Source: a phage
DNA: 64,000 nucleotides
Assembly (NCBI GenBank): GCA_037431425.1
Contig: GCA_037431425.1_4129.2
Strand: one strand, 5' to 3'
Position 1 is the first letter of the stretch, and every line of letters begins with the position of its first letter. Made by a program: the position numbers and the translations under genes. Of this stretch, positions 9,832-18,897 are shown in pieces. The notes under the pieces are model-generated. The model saw only the letters and a program-made list of their open reading frames with translations. It had not been told where the DNA came from and searched no databases.

Positions 9832-11973
9832 TTATGGTAGGGTTATGTACGTTACTGGCTGTGCGGCTTTTAATAATGCACCAGAGGCAGTTGCTGTTAT
9901 GATGGGATCTGCAATATCAATTCTATATACATTATTAACAACATATACTGCACGAGTTATATACGTTTTCAAATCATCACCATTTTCACCAGCACCAGAT
10001 ATAATGATCTCAGTTCCAGCCGCTTTTGCATATTGATTATCGCCCCATGACACACCCAATGCTTCTATATACGTTTGTCCTACCATCGTTTGTCTGATTG
10101 TGTCATATTTTCCAAAAAATGATCCACCCACTGTTACAATATATTTTCCACCCGATTTTTTATGTATAATCGTTCCTTCTGGGAAGTATCTTCCACCAGG
10201 GAAAGTATCATATGGAATATAATATTGTTCAACTACAGGTATTAGTACTGGGCCACGATGACCAGTACCGTCAATAGCAGTTGTTACTTTAAAATTATTA
10301 GATGATTGGTCGATTCTATCTACATACATTTTAGAAAAACTATATTTTGAAACATTACAATCATCTTGAACAACACAGTTAGTCCAATTAGTATAAGTAT
10401 ATTTAGAGCGAGTATACATTCCCCCACCCTCACCTTCAGTGGAAAGGTGTTGTCCTATTACATCTAATTCTTTTGTTCTGATATCACTAAACTTAGATGA
10501 AGATGGTAGACCACGCCAAAGAATTTTAGAACAAGTGATATTACTTAATTCTGTACTATTCAGCCAATTATCAGAACCAGAAGTATAAACGAATACGGAA
10601 GACTCTGGTATATAGAGATTGGAAATTTTAAAGTTTCTAGGTGGTCCAGCAAATCGACCAGCAGTTACCCCCCAGTTAATAGATACCATACGGTTTGTGA
10701 TTGTAGGATCATTAAGTAAATGTCCGGTTAAACCATCAATTACAAACTCTTTTGAGCCATAAGTTATCACACCAGCAGTTGTTAATCCTGTACCAACAGA
10801 AATTAAAGATGATGGGTACACCTCATTGTCAAGTATTTTGAAATCCATCCCCAATTCGACATGGATGCATTGTCTAACATTATAAAGTCTATTATTCTTA
10901 ATAACAAAGTTTCTAACATATTGAGTATCAGGGGCATCCAAATCATAAGGACCAGAACCAGCTACACCGATACCAATACCCCAGTTTGAAAGCGGGATTG
11001 GTGCATCAGAGCCATCAACATTTTCAATTATATTACCTTCGATCACAAAACCATCAGGATAATGTGAGTTAATAACGTTCAATTCAATTGCATCCCCGTA
11101 GATATCATGAATGTGGTTATATGAATAACGACCGACTTTCATTTTCTCACCAGTACCCTGTTGGAGAACGCCATATTTGCATTTAGTCATTTCATTAAAG
11201 CAAAAATCAATTGTACCTGGTTGAGTCATACCTTGCATCAAAAACGCAGCAGTACTGGTAATGTTTATAAATTTATTAAAATAAAATTTACCATCCCCAC
11301 CAAAGAATTTCAGATAACATCCAGTAAGTGTGGTGAATTGAATTTGTGAATTAATAACGGATATCATAGTACCACCATTACCAGTAATAGTGCCACCAAA
11401 CCAAGTTACATCTTCCAAATATACTGCTTTTTTGATACGATAATTACCACCTGCTTGAATTTGTATTTTATTTTCTTTGGCATAAGTTGCACACAAATTT
11501 ACAGCTTCAGTGTCATCGGTTTCCCCATCTCCTTTCGCACCAAATTCTTCTGGTGTTATATAGAACTGTGCTTGTTGAACTGTGCCACCAGTAATAAGGC
11601 CAATGAAATCACCACCATTTTTACTTGATAGTACTTTTTTATTAATGTATAGTGATTTAATCCATGTGCCATTTGTTTTTACGAAAATATCAACAATACC
11701 ATCTTCATCAATTTGAAAATAAGTGTTATTGTTTTTTCCAATATCACCAGACGGTGGTTGAACGCCAAATAAGGCATTTGGATTATCTTCAAGGTATCTA
11801 ACATTAACTGCTGAATCTTGGTCTGATGGTGTTCCTATCTTTAGTGGTAGGAACTTTTCACCGAGATAATCTTTTATCGATACGGAATCATTGACGAAAT
11901 TTATCGAAGCACCATTTTTACCCAATATCATTTTTGGTTTCATGGTTCCTTCAAAATTAGAAAATACTGCCAT
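9832..11973 (-). CDS. Tailspike/depolymerase-like protein (714 aa), pectate-lyase-superfamily beta-helix
   Basis: Motif ITPEEFGAKGDGETDDTEAVN typical of pectate-lyase-3 tailspikes; start moved from track 12168 to ATG at 11973 (RBS AAGGGGGA, homology to neighbour begins there). Confidence 0.6.
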   Translation of the reverse strand: MAVFSNFEGTMKPKMILGKNGASINFVNDSVSIKDYLGEKFLPLKIGTPSDQDSAVNVRYLEDNPNALFGVQPPSGDIGKNNNTYFQIDEDGIVDIFVKTNGTWIKSLYINKKVLSSKNGGDFIGLITGGTVQQAQFYITPEEFGAKGDGETDDTEAVNLCATYAKENKIQIQAGGNYRIKKAVYLEDVTWFGGTITGNGGTMISVINSQIQFTTLTGCYLKFFGGDGKFYFNKFINITSTAAFLMQGMTQPGTIDFCFNEMTKCKYGVLQQGTGEKMKVGRYSYNHIHDIYGDAIELNVINSHYPDGFVIEGNIIENVDGSDAPIPLSNWGIGIGVAGSGPYDLDAPDTQYVRNFVIKNNRLYNVRQCIHVELGMDFKILDNEVYPSSLISVGTGLTTAGVITYGSKEFVIDGLTGHLLNDPTITNRMVSINWGVTAGRFAGPPRNFKISNLYIPESSVFVYTSGSDNWLNSTELSNITCSKILWRGLPSSSKFSDIRTKELDVIGQHLSTEGEGGGMYTRSKYTYTNWTNCVVQDDCNVSKYSFSKMYVDRIDQSSNNFKVTTAIDGTGHRGPVLIPVVEQYYIPYDTFPGGRYFPEGTIIHKKSGGKYIVTVGGSFFGKYDTIRQTMVGQTYIEALGVSWGDNQYAKAAGTEIIISGAGENGDDLKTYITRAVYVVNNVYRIDIADPIITATASGALLKAAQPVTYITLP

Positions 11974-11986
11974 TATGACATCCCCC

Positions 11987-13114
11987 TTAAATATTGTCTT
12001 GGATAGGTTGGGCCGGAGCTTGCCATGAAAGAGTACAAATAATTTCCATTTTACCATAAGGACTGTTATTAACTGAATCATTAAAAACACATGAAATGAT
12101 TTCATCAACATCAGATACTTCATGATTTGTTTCATTAACAATAAAACGCATCTGGCGATTAATATCAAAGTAGGTTATTGGTGCAATGACTGTACCACCA
12201 ATATTTTCGTTGGCTTCACCACCAAATCGAACAAACATATCAGTTACTGGTTGTGAATAAGGTTGTAAAACATTTACATCTATATTAGAAACTACATATC
12301 CAGCAGGACAAGTCCCAATAACTAATAGAGCATTAGTCCATGATCTATCAATAACGTTTCTAATTGTTACAGTATCTTTGCCTGGTGTACCCGGTTCACC
12401 TTGCTTACCTTGAATACCTTGTGGACCTTCTTTGCCACGGAATAAAATACCACTACTCCATTCTTTTGATGGTGGGGTGGTAGTTGTTACTTCATCCACA
12501 TAATAAAGCTTGCCATCAGTGTTGTTATAGAAACAATAATCAATTGGGAGGTTTTCAATACTTGGAAATTGATCACCACTATCGTCAATATGAAAACGAC
12601 CACGTGGACCTTGCTCACCACGGAAAGGGACACCATCACTCCATGTAGCTGTTACTTTTTGATAAAAATATAGTTTACCATCTTGTGTATTGTAAAATGT
12701 ATAGTTATCAAAAAGACCAGAACTTGGAAAAGTAGTTCCTGCACTATCGATATGAAAAGGCTTACCAGCTTCACCAGTATCACCTTTACCAAATTCAACA
12801 CTAGTCCAAGTACTGGTTTCTTCTTGTGCATCATTTGATTTAAAATACAGAGTACTTGTGTTATTTGCCAAACTAAGATAGCACCAGCCAAGCGGTTCAC
12901 CAACTTTAAATTTATCAGATGGAACTTCAAAACCAATCTCATTAGGATAAAAGTTTTTACCGTTCTGACCATTTTGTCCCACAACAAGACCGAGATCTTG
13001 AATTGTATTATCTGTATATGTTACAATTAAATGACCAGCATTATTAATAACTAGACTTTTGATGCCTGAGTTATTACATGAACCACTGGACCCATTGTTA
13101 AATGTAATTGTCAT
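11987..13114 (-). CDS. Collagen-like tail fibre protein (375 aa)
   Basis: Gly-X-Y runs (GEQGPRGRF; GKEGPQGIQGKQGEPGTPGKD); internal duplication FYNTQDGKLYFYQKV / FYNNTDGKLYYVDEV; RBS AAGGGA. Confidence 0.55.
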   Translation of the reverse strand: MTITFNNGSSGSCNNSGIKSLVINNAGHLIVTYTDNTIQDLGLVVGQNGQNGKNFYPNEIGFEVPSDKFKVGEPLGWCYLSLANNTSTLYFKSNDAQEETSTWTSVEFGKGDTGEAGKPFHIDSAGTTFPSSGLFDNYTFYNTQDGKLYFYQKVTATWSDGVPFRGEQGPRGRFHIDDSGDQFPSIENLPIDYCFYNNTDGKLYYVDEVTTTTPPSKEWSSGILFRGKEGPQGIQGKQGEPGTPGKDTVTIRNVIDRSWTNALLVIGTCPAGYVVSNIDVNVLQPYSQPVTDMFVRFGGEANENIGGTVIAPITYFDINRQMRFIVNETNHEVSDVDEIISCVFNDSVNNSPYGKMEIICTLSWQAPAQPIQDNI

Positions 13115-13150
13115 AATATTTCCCTTTTATGAGTGAATGTCATATACCAA

Positions 13151-13158
13151 TATTTATC
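13151..13158 (-). promoter_or_regulatory. Late-promoter-like box (GATAAATA) for the minus-strand fibre operon
   Basis: Reverse complement of 13151-13158 is GATAAATA, 37 nt upstream of ATG at 13114. Confidence 0.4.
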
Positions 13159-13184
13159 AGTACGAAATACATTTCGTCACCATT

Positions 13185-13192
13185 AATAAATA
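13185..13192 (+). promoter_or_regulatory. Late-promoter-like box (AATAAATA) for the plus-strand three-gene operon
   Basis: AATAAATA 32 nt upstream of ATG at 13224; divergent from the box at 13151-13158. Confidence 0.4.
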
Positions 13193-13223
13193 AATGAAAG
13201 TTCACTACTAAAAGGGCTTAACA

Positions 13224-13721
13224 ATGGCATTAAGATCAAAAAACTTTCTTTTTAAAAGAAAAACAAAAGATGGTTCATGGCAAGATTTTCCTGAATCTGA
13301 CAGTTGGTATCCAGCCCAATTGGATTATCAATGGAATGAACAAACATTACCACTACCAAGCGGTGGATATTATGGCAGCACTACAGGTTTGCATACCATT
13401 TCATTTACACTACGTAATTTCATTGGAAGAATTTATGTATTAGCAACATTAGCCAGCAATCCAACAGATGATGATTGGTTCCCAATTAAATTCACTGAAA
13501 GTTGTAAATATTATCTAGAATTTACGGATATGGTTATTTTAAATCCAAACGGTGGTGATTTGATTAGACAACAAGGAACTACCGGAACATTTGCAGAGAC
13601 ATTAACAGGTAACTTTACATATCTTAAAGTTGGTATTGACCGAGATTATATCAGTAAGTACCCGTCAGATGTACAAAAAAGTTTAGCAGGTAAACTAGAA
13701 CAAATTTTAATTAACTACTAA
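13224..13721 (+). CDS. Hypothetical protein (165 aa), probably late/virion-associated
   Basis: ORF with RBS AAAGGG; late box upstream; no recognisable motif. Confidence 0.5.
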   Translation: MALRSKNFLFKRKTKDGSWQDFPESDSWYPAQLDYQWNEQTLPLPSGGYYGSTTGLHTISFTLRNFIGRIYVLATLASNPTDDDWFPIKFTESCKYYLEFTDMVILNPNGGDLIRQQGTTGTFAETLTGNFTYLKVGIDRDYISKYPSDVQKSLAGKLEQILINY

Positions 13722-13730
13722 GGATTAGAA

Positions 13731-14339
13731 ATGAAATTAGAAGCAGAACAACCAAAACTATTTGTTAAAGGTCATGTCCTAATTACTGACGTTACTGATC
13801 CATCAAATCAAAAAATCGTTTTAGATAAATCTAACGCTATTCACCCAGAAAATATGAGTACTGCAATTGCTAATGCGTTAGCATACAATCAAGATAGTAC
13901 CAGTATTCCTATTGGTTCAATTAGCGAAATGCGTTTTGGTAATGGTGGTACTGTAGTGTTAAGTACTGGACGAGTCACGTACAAAAAACCACGTGTGACT
14001 TCCTTTGGTGGATTGTATTCACAAACATATTTAAAAAAAATCAACCCAAGAATTACTGCTGGTATTGATTCACAGTATAATAACATCACAACAGTTCATA
14101 TCCCAGGACAATCATATACTGATATTGTATGTATTTGTACGCTTGGTTTGGGTGAACCATCAGACCAAGGTGTAAGTTCAGGCACAAGTATGGATGGCAC
14201 ATATGTATTTGATGAATTAGGGTTATATACTGATGGTGATAGTGGTATTCCATTGACACATATCATTTTTCACCCAGTTGAGAAAAGTGCTAACCGTGTG
14301 TTACAAATTAAATACACAGTTCGTGTACAACTACAATAA
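13731..14339 (+). CDS. Hypothetical protein (202 aa), probably virion structural
   Basis: ORF with RBS AAGGA; tightly coupled to flanking genes. Confidence 0.5.
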   Translation: MKLEAEQPKLFVKGHVLITDVTDPSNQKIVLDKSNAIHPENMSTAIANALAYNQDSTSIPIGSISEMRFGNGGTVVLSTGRVTYKKPRVTSFGGLYSQTYLKKINPRITAGIDSQYNNITTVHIPGQSYTDIVCICTLGLGEPSDQGVSSGTSMDGTYVFDELGLYTDGDSGIPLTHIIFHPVEKSANRVLQIKYTVRVQLQ

Positions 14340-14351
14340 TGGGGTCAAATT

Positions 14352-15452
14352 ATGAGTGTAAGTTATACAATTTATAGAAGCAATGGTAGTGTTTATGCTA
14401 CCATTCCAAATAATGTCATATTGGGGCCAAACCAACCAGGAAGTAACCCAGTTCCGTTGAATTTTGTCGGAAGAAATAAAGTAAGTTATGGACAAGCATG
14501 GAATGAAAACTTTTTACATTTAGTTGAGAATTTCAGTTCAGCTTCAGCACCACGCGGTAATGTGAACGGTCAACTGTGGTACAGAAATGCTGGCAGTACT
14601 GGTGAATTATTGATATCATTGGTTGACAATGCTAGACAACCATCAGATGTTGTGAGTGAAGCTGAGTGGGCGTCTATTCCAATGATTTCTGTGTTTAATA
14701 CCGTACCAGATGGTGAAAATAGTGTTATGGGTCGTATGGTATTAACCAGTAATGGTGACTCACTTCGTGTATTAATGAAAAATAAAGAATGGCGTGAAAT
14801 TCAAACATCACGTCCTGAGAATAAAGAATATACATCATTATTGGATATTAACTATGATAATGGTAAAAAATATATTGAGTTTACACAAAATAATAGTACT
14901 AAACCACTAGCATATTTTAACTTAGGAGGAACGTCACAAGTCGATACTAACAACTGGACAACCGTAACTAACGGAACTGGTGTTTTTGAATTTGGTAGTA
15001 ACTATTTCTATGAATTAAAAATTATGATTAGAGAGGTAAGCGATTCAACAGGTGAAATTGTATCAGTTCCACATAATTCAAAAACATTTTTAATCAAAGG
15101 TCAATTTTATGTAGATAACCAAGGTACGTTTGTCCCTGGTTCTGTGGGTGCAAGTCAAATGCCAGACCCCCGCAGGATTACACATCTAGAAACCATTAAA
15201 GATGTTATTACCAGTAGTCGCCCGAACTGGGATGTGAACATGGTTATCAATGATGTAGATCCATCACTACCTAATCCAAACGGCACATCTAAAGCAGATT
15301 ATGAAAACTGGGTTATTAACTCATTGAACTCTAATAAAAACTTAGGATTTAGAGTTGATGGTAGTATTAGCAATCTTGCACCAGGTGAATCTGTGAAATT
15401 ACAAGCATCAGTGTTGTTAAACATTACAGGTATTCCAATTATTGGTGTATAA
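14352..15452 (+). CDS. Hypothetical protein (366 aa), possible baseplate or fibre-attachment protein
   Basis: ORF in late operon; Asn/Ser/Thr/Gly-rich; guess from context only. Confidence 0.5.
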   Translation: MSVSYTIYRSNGSVYATIPNNVILGPNQPGSNPVPLNFVGRNKVSYGQAWNENFLHLVENFSSASAPRGNVNGQLWYRNAGSTGELLISLVDNARQPSDVVSEAEWASIPMISVFNTVPDGENSVMGRMVLTSNGDSLRVLMKNKEWREIQTSRPENKEYTSLLDINYDNGKKYIEFTQNNSTKPLAYFNLGGTSQVDTNNWTTVTNGTGVFEFGSNYFYELKIMIREVSDSTGEIVSVPHNSKTFLIKGQFYVDNQGTFVPGSVGASQMPDPRRITHLETIKDVITSSRPNWDVNMVINDVDPSLPNPNGTSKADYENWVINSLNSNKNLGFRVDGSISNLAPGESVKLQASVLLNITGIPIIGV

Positions 15453-15480
15453 AAAAAAGGAGCCATGTGGCTCCTTTTTT
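15451..15480. terminator. Bidirectional intrinsic terminator between convergent operons
   Basis: A8 - GGAGCCATGTGGCTCC palindrome - T6, between stops at 15452 (+) and 15479 (-). Confidence 0.65.
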
Positions 15481-15943
15481 AATATCTATATGGTAAACTA
15501 TTGACAAACTGTGTACCTTCACGTATACTTTCCCATAATGAGTAAAAATCTTTCATCAAGTTTGTGTTAAGCAATGTGTTTTTTGCACCAGGGTGTAATG
15601 GTTTAGGCCACGAGCCGATTTTAACCCATGCATATCCAGAGCTTTCATGATTTAATGTTGGTATAAACTCATTCTCAACTACGATAACAAATGAATAATA
15701 TTTAAATTTACCATTTTTTGTACAAAATACATCAAATGGTATAATATCAATAATATTTGGTATTGAGTCACCTAACTCTTCTTTAATTTCTCTCATAAGA
15801 CCTTGTAATGGTGTTTCGTCGCGTTCAAGCTTTCCACCAACAAATGCCCAATTGTTCGAATAGGTACTTCTTTCAGAACGTAAATTTAACATCATATGTC
15901 CGGTACTTTTTGATAAAAATATAGCACCAACAGCTTCATTCAT
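15479..15943 (-). CDS. Nudix hydrolase (154 aa)
   Basis: Nudix box GGKLERDETPLQGLMREIKEELG (G-x5-E-x7-REuxEExGu); RBS AAGGAGG 8 nt upstream. Confidence 0.7.
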   Translation of the reverse strand: MNEAVGAIFLSKSTGHMMLNLRSERSTYSNNWAFVGGKLERDETPLQGLMREIKEELGDSIPNIIDIIPFDVFCTKNGKFKYYSFVIVVENEFIPTLNHESSGYAWVKIGSWPKPLHPGAKNTLLNTNLMKDFYSLWESIREGTQFVNSLPYRY

Positions 15944-15955
15944 AACAACACCTCC

Positions 15956-17299
15956 TTATTTGTCAGTGAAAGTTATTTTCCAATATCCTTGACGATAAAC
16001 TGGCATAATACTTTTATGCCATTTAAATTTACCATTGTATCTATAATAACCATTATCTTCGTTGTTATAAATGTAATTACGCACAGTTGATGGGTCAATT
16101 AATTCAGCACCGTCGTTGGTAATTTTAAACAAATAATTCGAAGGAATTTCAGTTTCTTTGTAAATGATGTTATGTATACTGTTATTTACATAATATTGTT
16201 CAGGTATTGCGTCAAAAAGAACTGAGCTTTTTTGGACAAATCCATGAATAGTATAATCAACTGTATAGTTGCTACTATCAAGCTGAACGATAATTTTATT
16301 TGCATCTTCATCTTCACCATATGAAGAAATATAGCCTTTGAGTGGGTTATCTTCTTCGATTGATTGTTGAAATTTAATACCAACTTTTTTATCATCAAAA
16401 TTGGGTTCCAAATATTTAAGATATTTTTCCCATGAGTAGATACCACCATTAGGGGAAACATCGGACAATGACTGACTAACTAAAGTTAATTGATATGTAT
16501 CTGGCAAATTATATAAAGAATTAGTTATCTCTTCAACTTTAATACATAAGTTTTTTGGTGTAAAGACATCGGTGATGATATCAGAATAGTCAGACATTTC
16601 AATGTCAAATTCATCACGTGCACCTTTAATATTAGTAGTGATTTGTTGAATCAATTTTGGTTTTTCAACAATAGCTGGTAAAGAAAACCATATTGTTGTT
16701 TCAAATGTCAATACCATAATGTCTAAATCTTGGTCAGTTCCTTGTGGAAACCCACGAGTAGAGAACTGACAATCAATCAACTCTACATCACTTAGTGATG
16801 TCCAATCCAACGGGTTTTCAGATAACTGAAGTTGAATACTCGGTGAAAATAAAGTTGAAATTTGCTCAAATAATTCCATCTTTGTTTGTATTTGAGTTAC
16901 CCAGATATTCAAATCAAATGTAAATGTCCAAGGAACTGGGTTATGTCTTACGATTTTATATTGTGAATCGAGTTCTTTTTTGTATTCATTAATGGCAGGT
17001 GATGTGTTTGTACCCATAACTAATGTTTCATTCGCATTAGAACGTATACTTTTACGATCCAGCTTTAGTTGATTAACACTGATTGTCATAATTGGTGCAG
17101 ATGGAAGAACATTTTCACTATTACCATTGATAATTGCAGCAGCCATTCTTGATATATCCGCATAACGACATGGAACCTTTTTATATTTTGGGTTCCCATC
17201 AGCATCAACACCATTTTGTACTTGAAATTCACCAAAAACTCTGATAAGATGTTTCAGTACTCTGCGAAATTGGCCGTCATAATAATAATCTATTTTCAT
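15956..17299 (-). CDS. T4 gp15-like tail completion / sheath stabiliser protein (447 aa)
   Basis: N-terminus IDYYYDGQFRRVLKHLIRVFGEF...KYKKVPCRYADI...VLPSAPIMTISVNQL parallels T4 gp15 FGYFYNSSFRRYATLMGDLFSN...KFIRVPITYAS...ILPRINLHLVDF (from memory); 4-nt overlap with upstream gene. Confidence 0.5.
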   Translation of the reverse strand: MKIDYYYDGQFRRVLKHLIRVFGEFQVQNGVDADGNPKYKKVPCRYADISRMAAAIINGNSENVLPSAPIMTISVNQLKLDRKSIRSNANETLVMGTNTSPAINEYKKELDSQYKIVRHNPVPWTFTFDLNIWVTQIQTKMELFEQISTLFSPSIQLQLSENPLDWTSLSDVELIDCQFSTRGFPQGTDQDLDIMVLTFETTIWFSLPAIVEKPKLIQQITTNIKGARDEFDIEMSDYSDIITDVFTPKNLCIKVEEITNSLYNLPDTYQLTLVSQSLSDVSPNGGIYSWEKYLKYLEPNFDDKKVGIKFQQSIEEDNPLKGYISSYGEDEDANKIIVQLDSSNYTVDYTIHGFVQKSSVLFDAIPEQYYVNNSIHNIIYKETEIPSNYLFKITNDGAELIDPSTVRNYIYNNEDNGYYRYNGKFKWHKSIMPVYRQGYWKITFTDK

Positions 17300-18789
17300 T
17301 CTGTGTCCTTATGTATACGATAAGCTGTATTTGGTTTAACTGCGTCATGTAATGGAACTTTATTATCACTATTTACGAACTTAGTAAGTGCTAAATCTGC
17401 ACCTTCCCACGGTTTTCTACCACCGTAATCAAAAATAACCCATGAATTCTTAGTTGCATTGAATTCCCACAGTGTAACTGGTGTATAATCAGTACGGTAA
17501 AAGTAATCACCATCAACTGCATCAGTAGGGAACATGTTTCCTTCTGGAACTGTACCTCTTGCTGGTGGGATTTTAGGGCGATAATCCTGTTGTGCATCAA
17601 TATTTCCATATACACAACTTGATGTGAATGGGTCATTGACGTAAGTTACTTTTGGTTCGCCCCATTTACCATCATTGTACTGAAAAATGTGTGGTTCTTT
17701 ATAAAAAATACAAAAATCTTCAATATCTTTTGGTGGATTTTCACTGGTCGTGTATTCAACATCACAATTTAACCATTTTTTAACACTTTTATCGTACTGG
17801 TATAGTGTATACCCAGTTACATCTACATCATTCTCTTTAAAGAAGAAATCACCATCCATAGGTTTCTTAGGAAAAACGGTTCCACGCTTGACTTCCAGTG
17901 AAATCCATGTATCATTATCGTATTCTTTAAGTATTGGGTATGTTTTTTTCAAAAAATACATACCACTTGCAGGTTCTTCGGGGAAATCATATCCATTAAG
18001 CATATACTTTGACAAATCAACAGTATCACGACGGTCATCATACAAATGCTCGTTGGTATAATGAATATAAGGCACTTCATCATCAGCTTGCATAATGATA
18101 CGATTCATAATATCCATTTCATTACTATAGTTACTGTTATCAGATGTACCATCATCAGTGTTACCATTACCATTATTTGGATCATTTGGGTTATCAGGGT
18201 AATTGTTGTTTCCTAGTAAGTCGGAGTACTCAGGAGAGTCAGTCAATGGCTTTACTCGAAGTTTATAAATGTGATGTTGCCAAGTAACAGAGTAACCTTC
18301 TGCTGTACGAAACGCATCTTGGACCACATAGAAGCGATTCAGACCAGAATCTTTACCAAGAACATCATAATCACGTAAATTTGGTAGTTCAATTACATCA
18401 CCAGGCATGATTTTTCTACCCAATCGTTGCATCATGGTATTGTAGTGGATTGTAATGTCCATCGTATTGAAATTAAAGAACAAACCTGGAATTTTCAAGT
18501 CAGGTGTTGCTTCTTGAACTTGATAGACACAACTTAGTGTGATTGCTTCAAGATTATAGTTTCTATTTGGGGTGTCTCCAAAAATTAAATCACCAATACT
18601 TGACACAACCGATCCAGAAGATGTATAATCACCGCCATATGATAAGTCTTTGTTATCTGCAACTTGTTTTGGGCCGACATAAGCGTAAAGCCACATGTCA
18701 ACACCACCAATGTTGTATTGTTCAGCAATGGCAGAGTCAATGAACTTGTAATCATTGGTTCTACCTTTTTTCCACATTCTATATGTCAT
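17296..18789 (-). CDS. Hypothetical protein (497 aa), possibly a neck protein by position
   Basis: Start moved from track TTG at 18801 to ATG at 18789 (RBS GGAG 6 nt upstream); sits upstream of the gp15-like gene as gp13/14 do in T4. Confidence 0.5.
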   Translation of the reverse strand: MTYRMWKKGRTNDYKFIDSAIAEQYNIGGVDMWLYAYVGPKQVADNKDLSYGGDYTSSGSVVSSIGDLIFGDTPNRNYNLEAITLSCVYQVQEATPDLKIPGLFFNFNTMDITIHYNTMMQRLGRKIMPGDVIELPNLRDYDVLGKDSGLNRFYVVQDAFRTAEGYSVTWQHHIYKLRVKPLTDSPEYSDLLGNNNYPDNPNDPNNGNGNTDDGTSDNSNYSNEMDIMNRIIMQADDEVPYIHYTNEHLYDDRRDTVDLSKYMLNGYDFPEEPASGMYFLKKTYPILKEYDNDTWISLEVKRGTVFPKKPMDGDFFFKENDVDVTGYTLYQYDKSVKKWLNCDVEYTTSENPPKDIEDFCIFYKEPHIFQYNDGKWGEPKVTYVNDPFTSSCVYGNIDAQQDYRPKIPPARGTVPEGNMFPTDAVDGDYFYRTDYTPVTLWEFNATKNSWVIFDYGGRKPWEGADLALTKFVNSDNKVPLHDAVKPNTAYRIHKDTE

Positions 18790-18831
18790 ATTTGTCTCCA
18801 AAATAATTCGGGTATATCTTTATTTACCATG

Positions 18832-18859
18832 TAGACAAACCATAAGAATGTGATATAAT
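18832..18859 (+). promoter_or_regulatory. Sigma70-like (early-type) promoter for the ClpA-like gene
   Basis: TAGACA (18832-18837) - 16 nt - TGaTATAAT (18851-18859), ~40 nt upstream of ATG at 18898. Confidence 0.5.
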
Positions 18860-18897
18860 GTTTGTTAATTAGAGTGACGTGAATCACAGGAGAATAC

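Noticed and set aside
11974-12168. N-terminal 65-codon extension of the tailspike ORF in the track
   Set aside because: Extension is hydrophobic junk overlapping the upstream gene; homology to the neighbouring protein and a strong RBS (AAGGGGGA) begin at the ATG at 11973.
12652-12987. Minus-strand 111-aa ORF
   Set aside because: Alternative frame nested inside the collagen-like fibre gene; no independent start signals.
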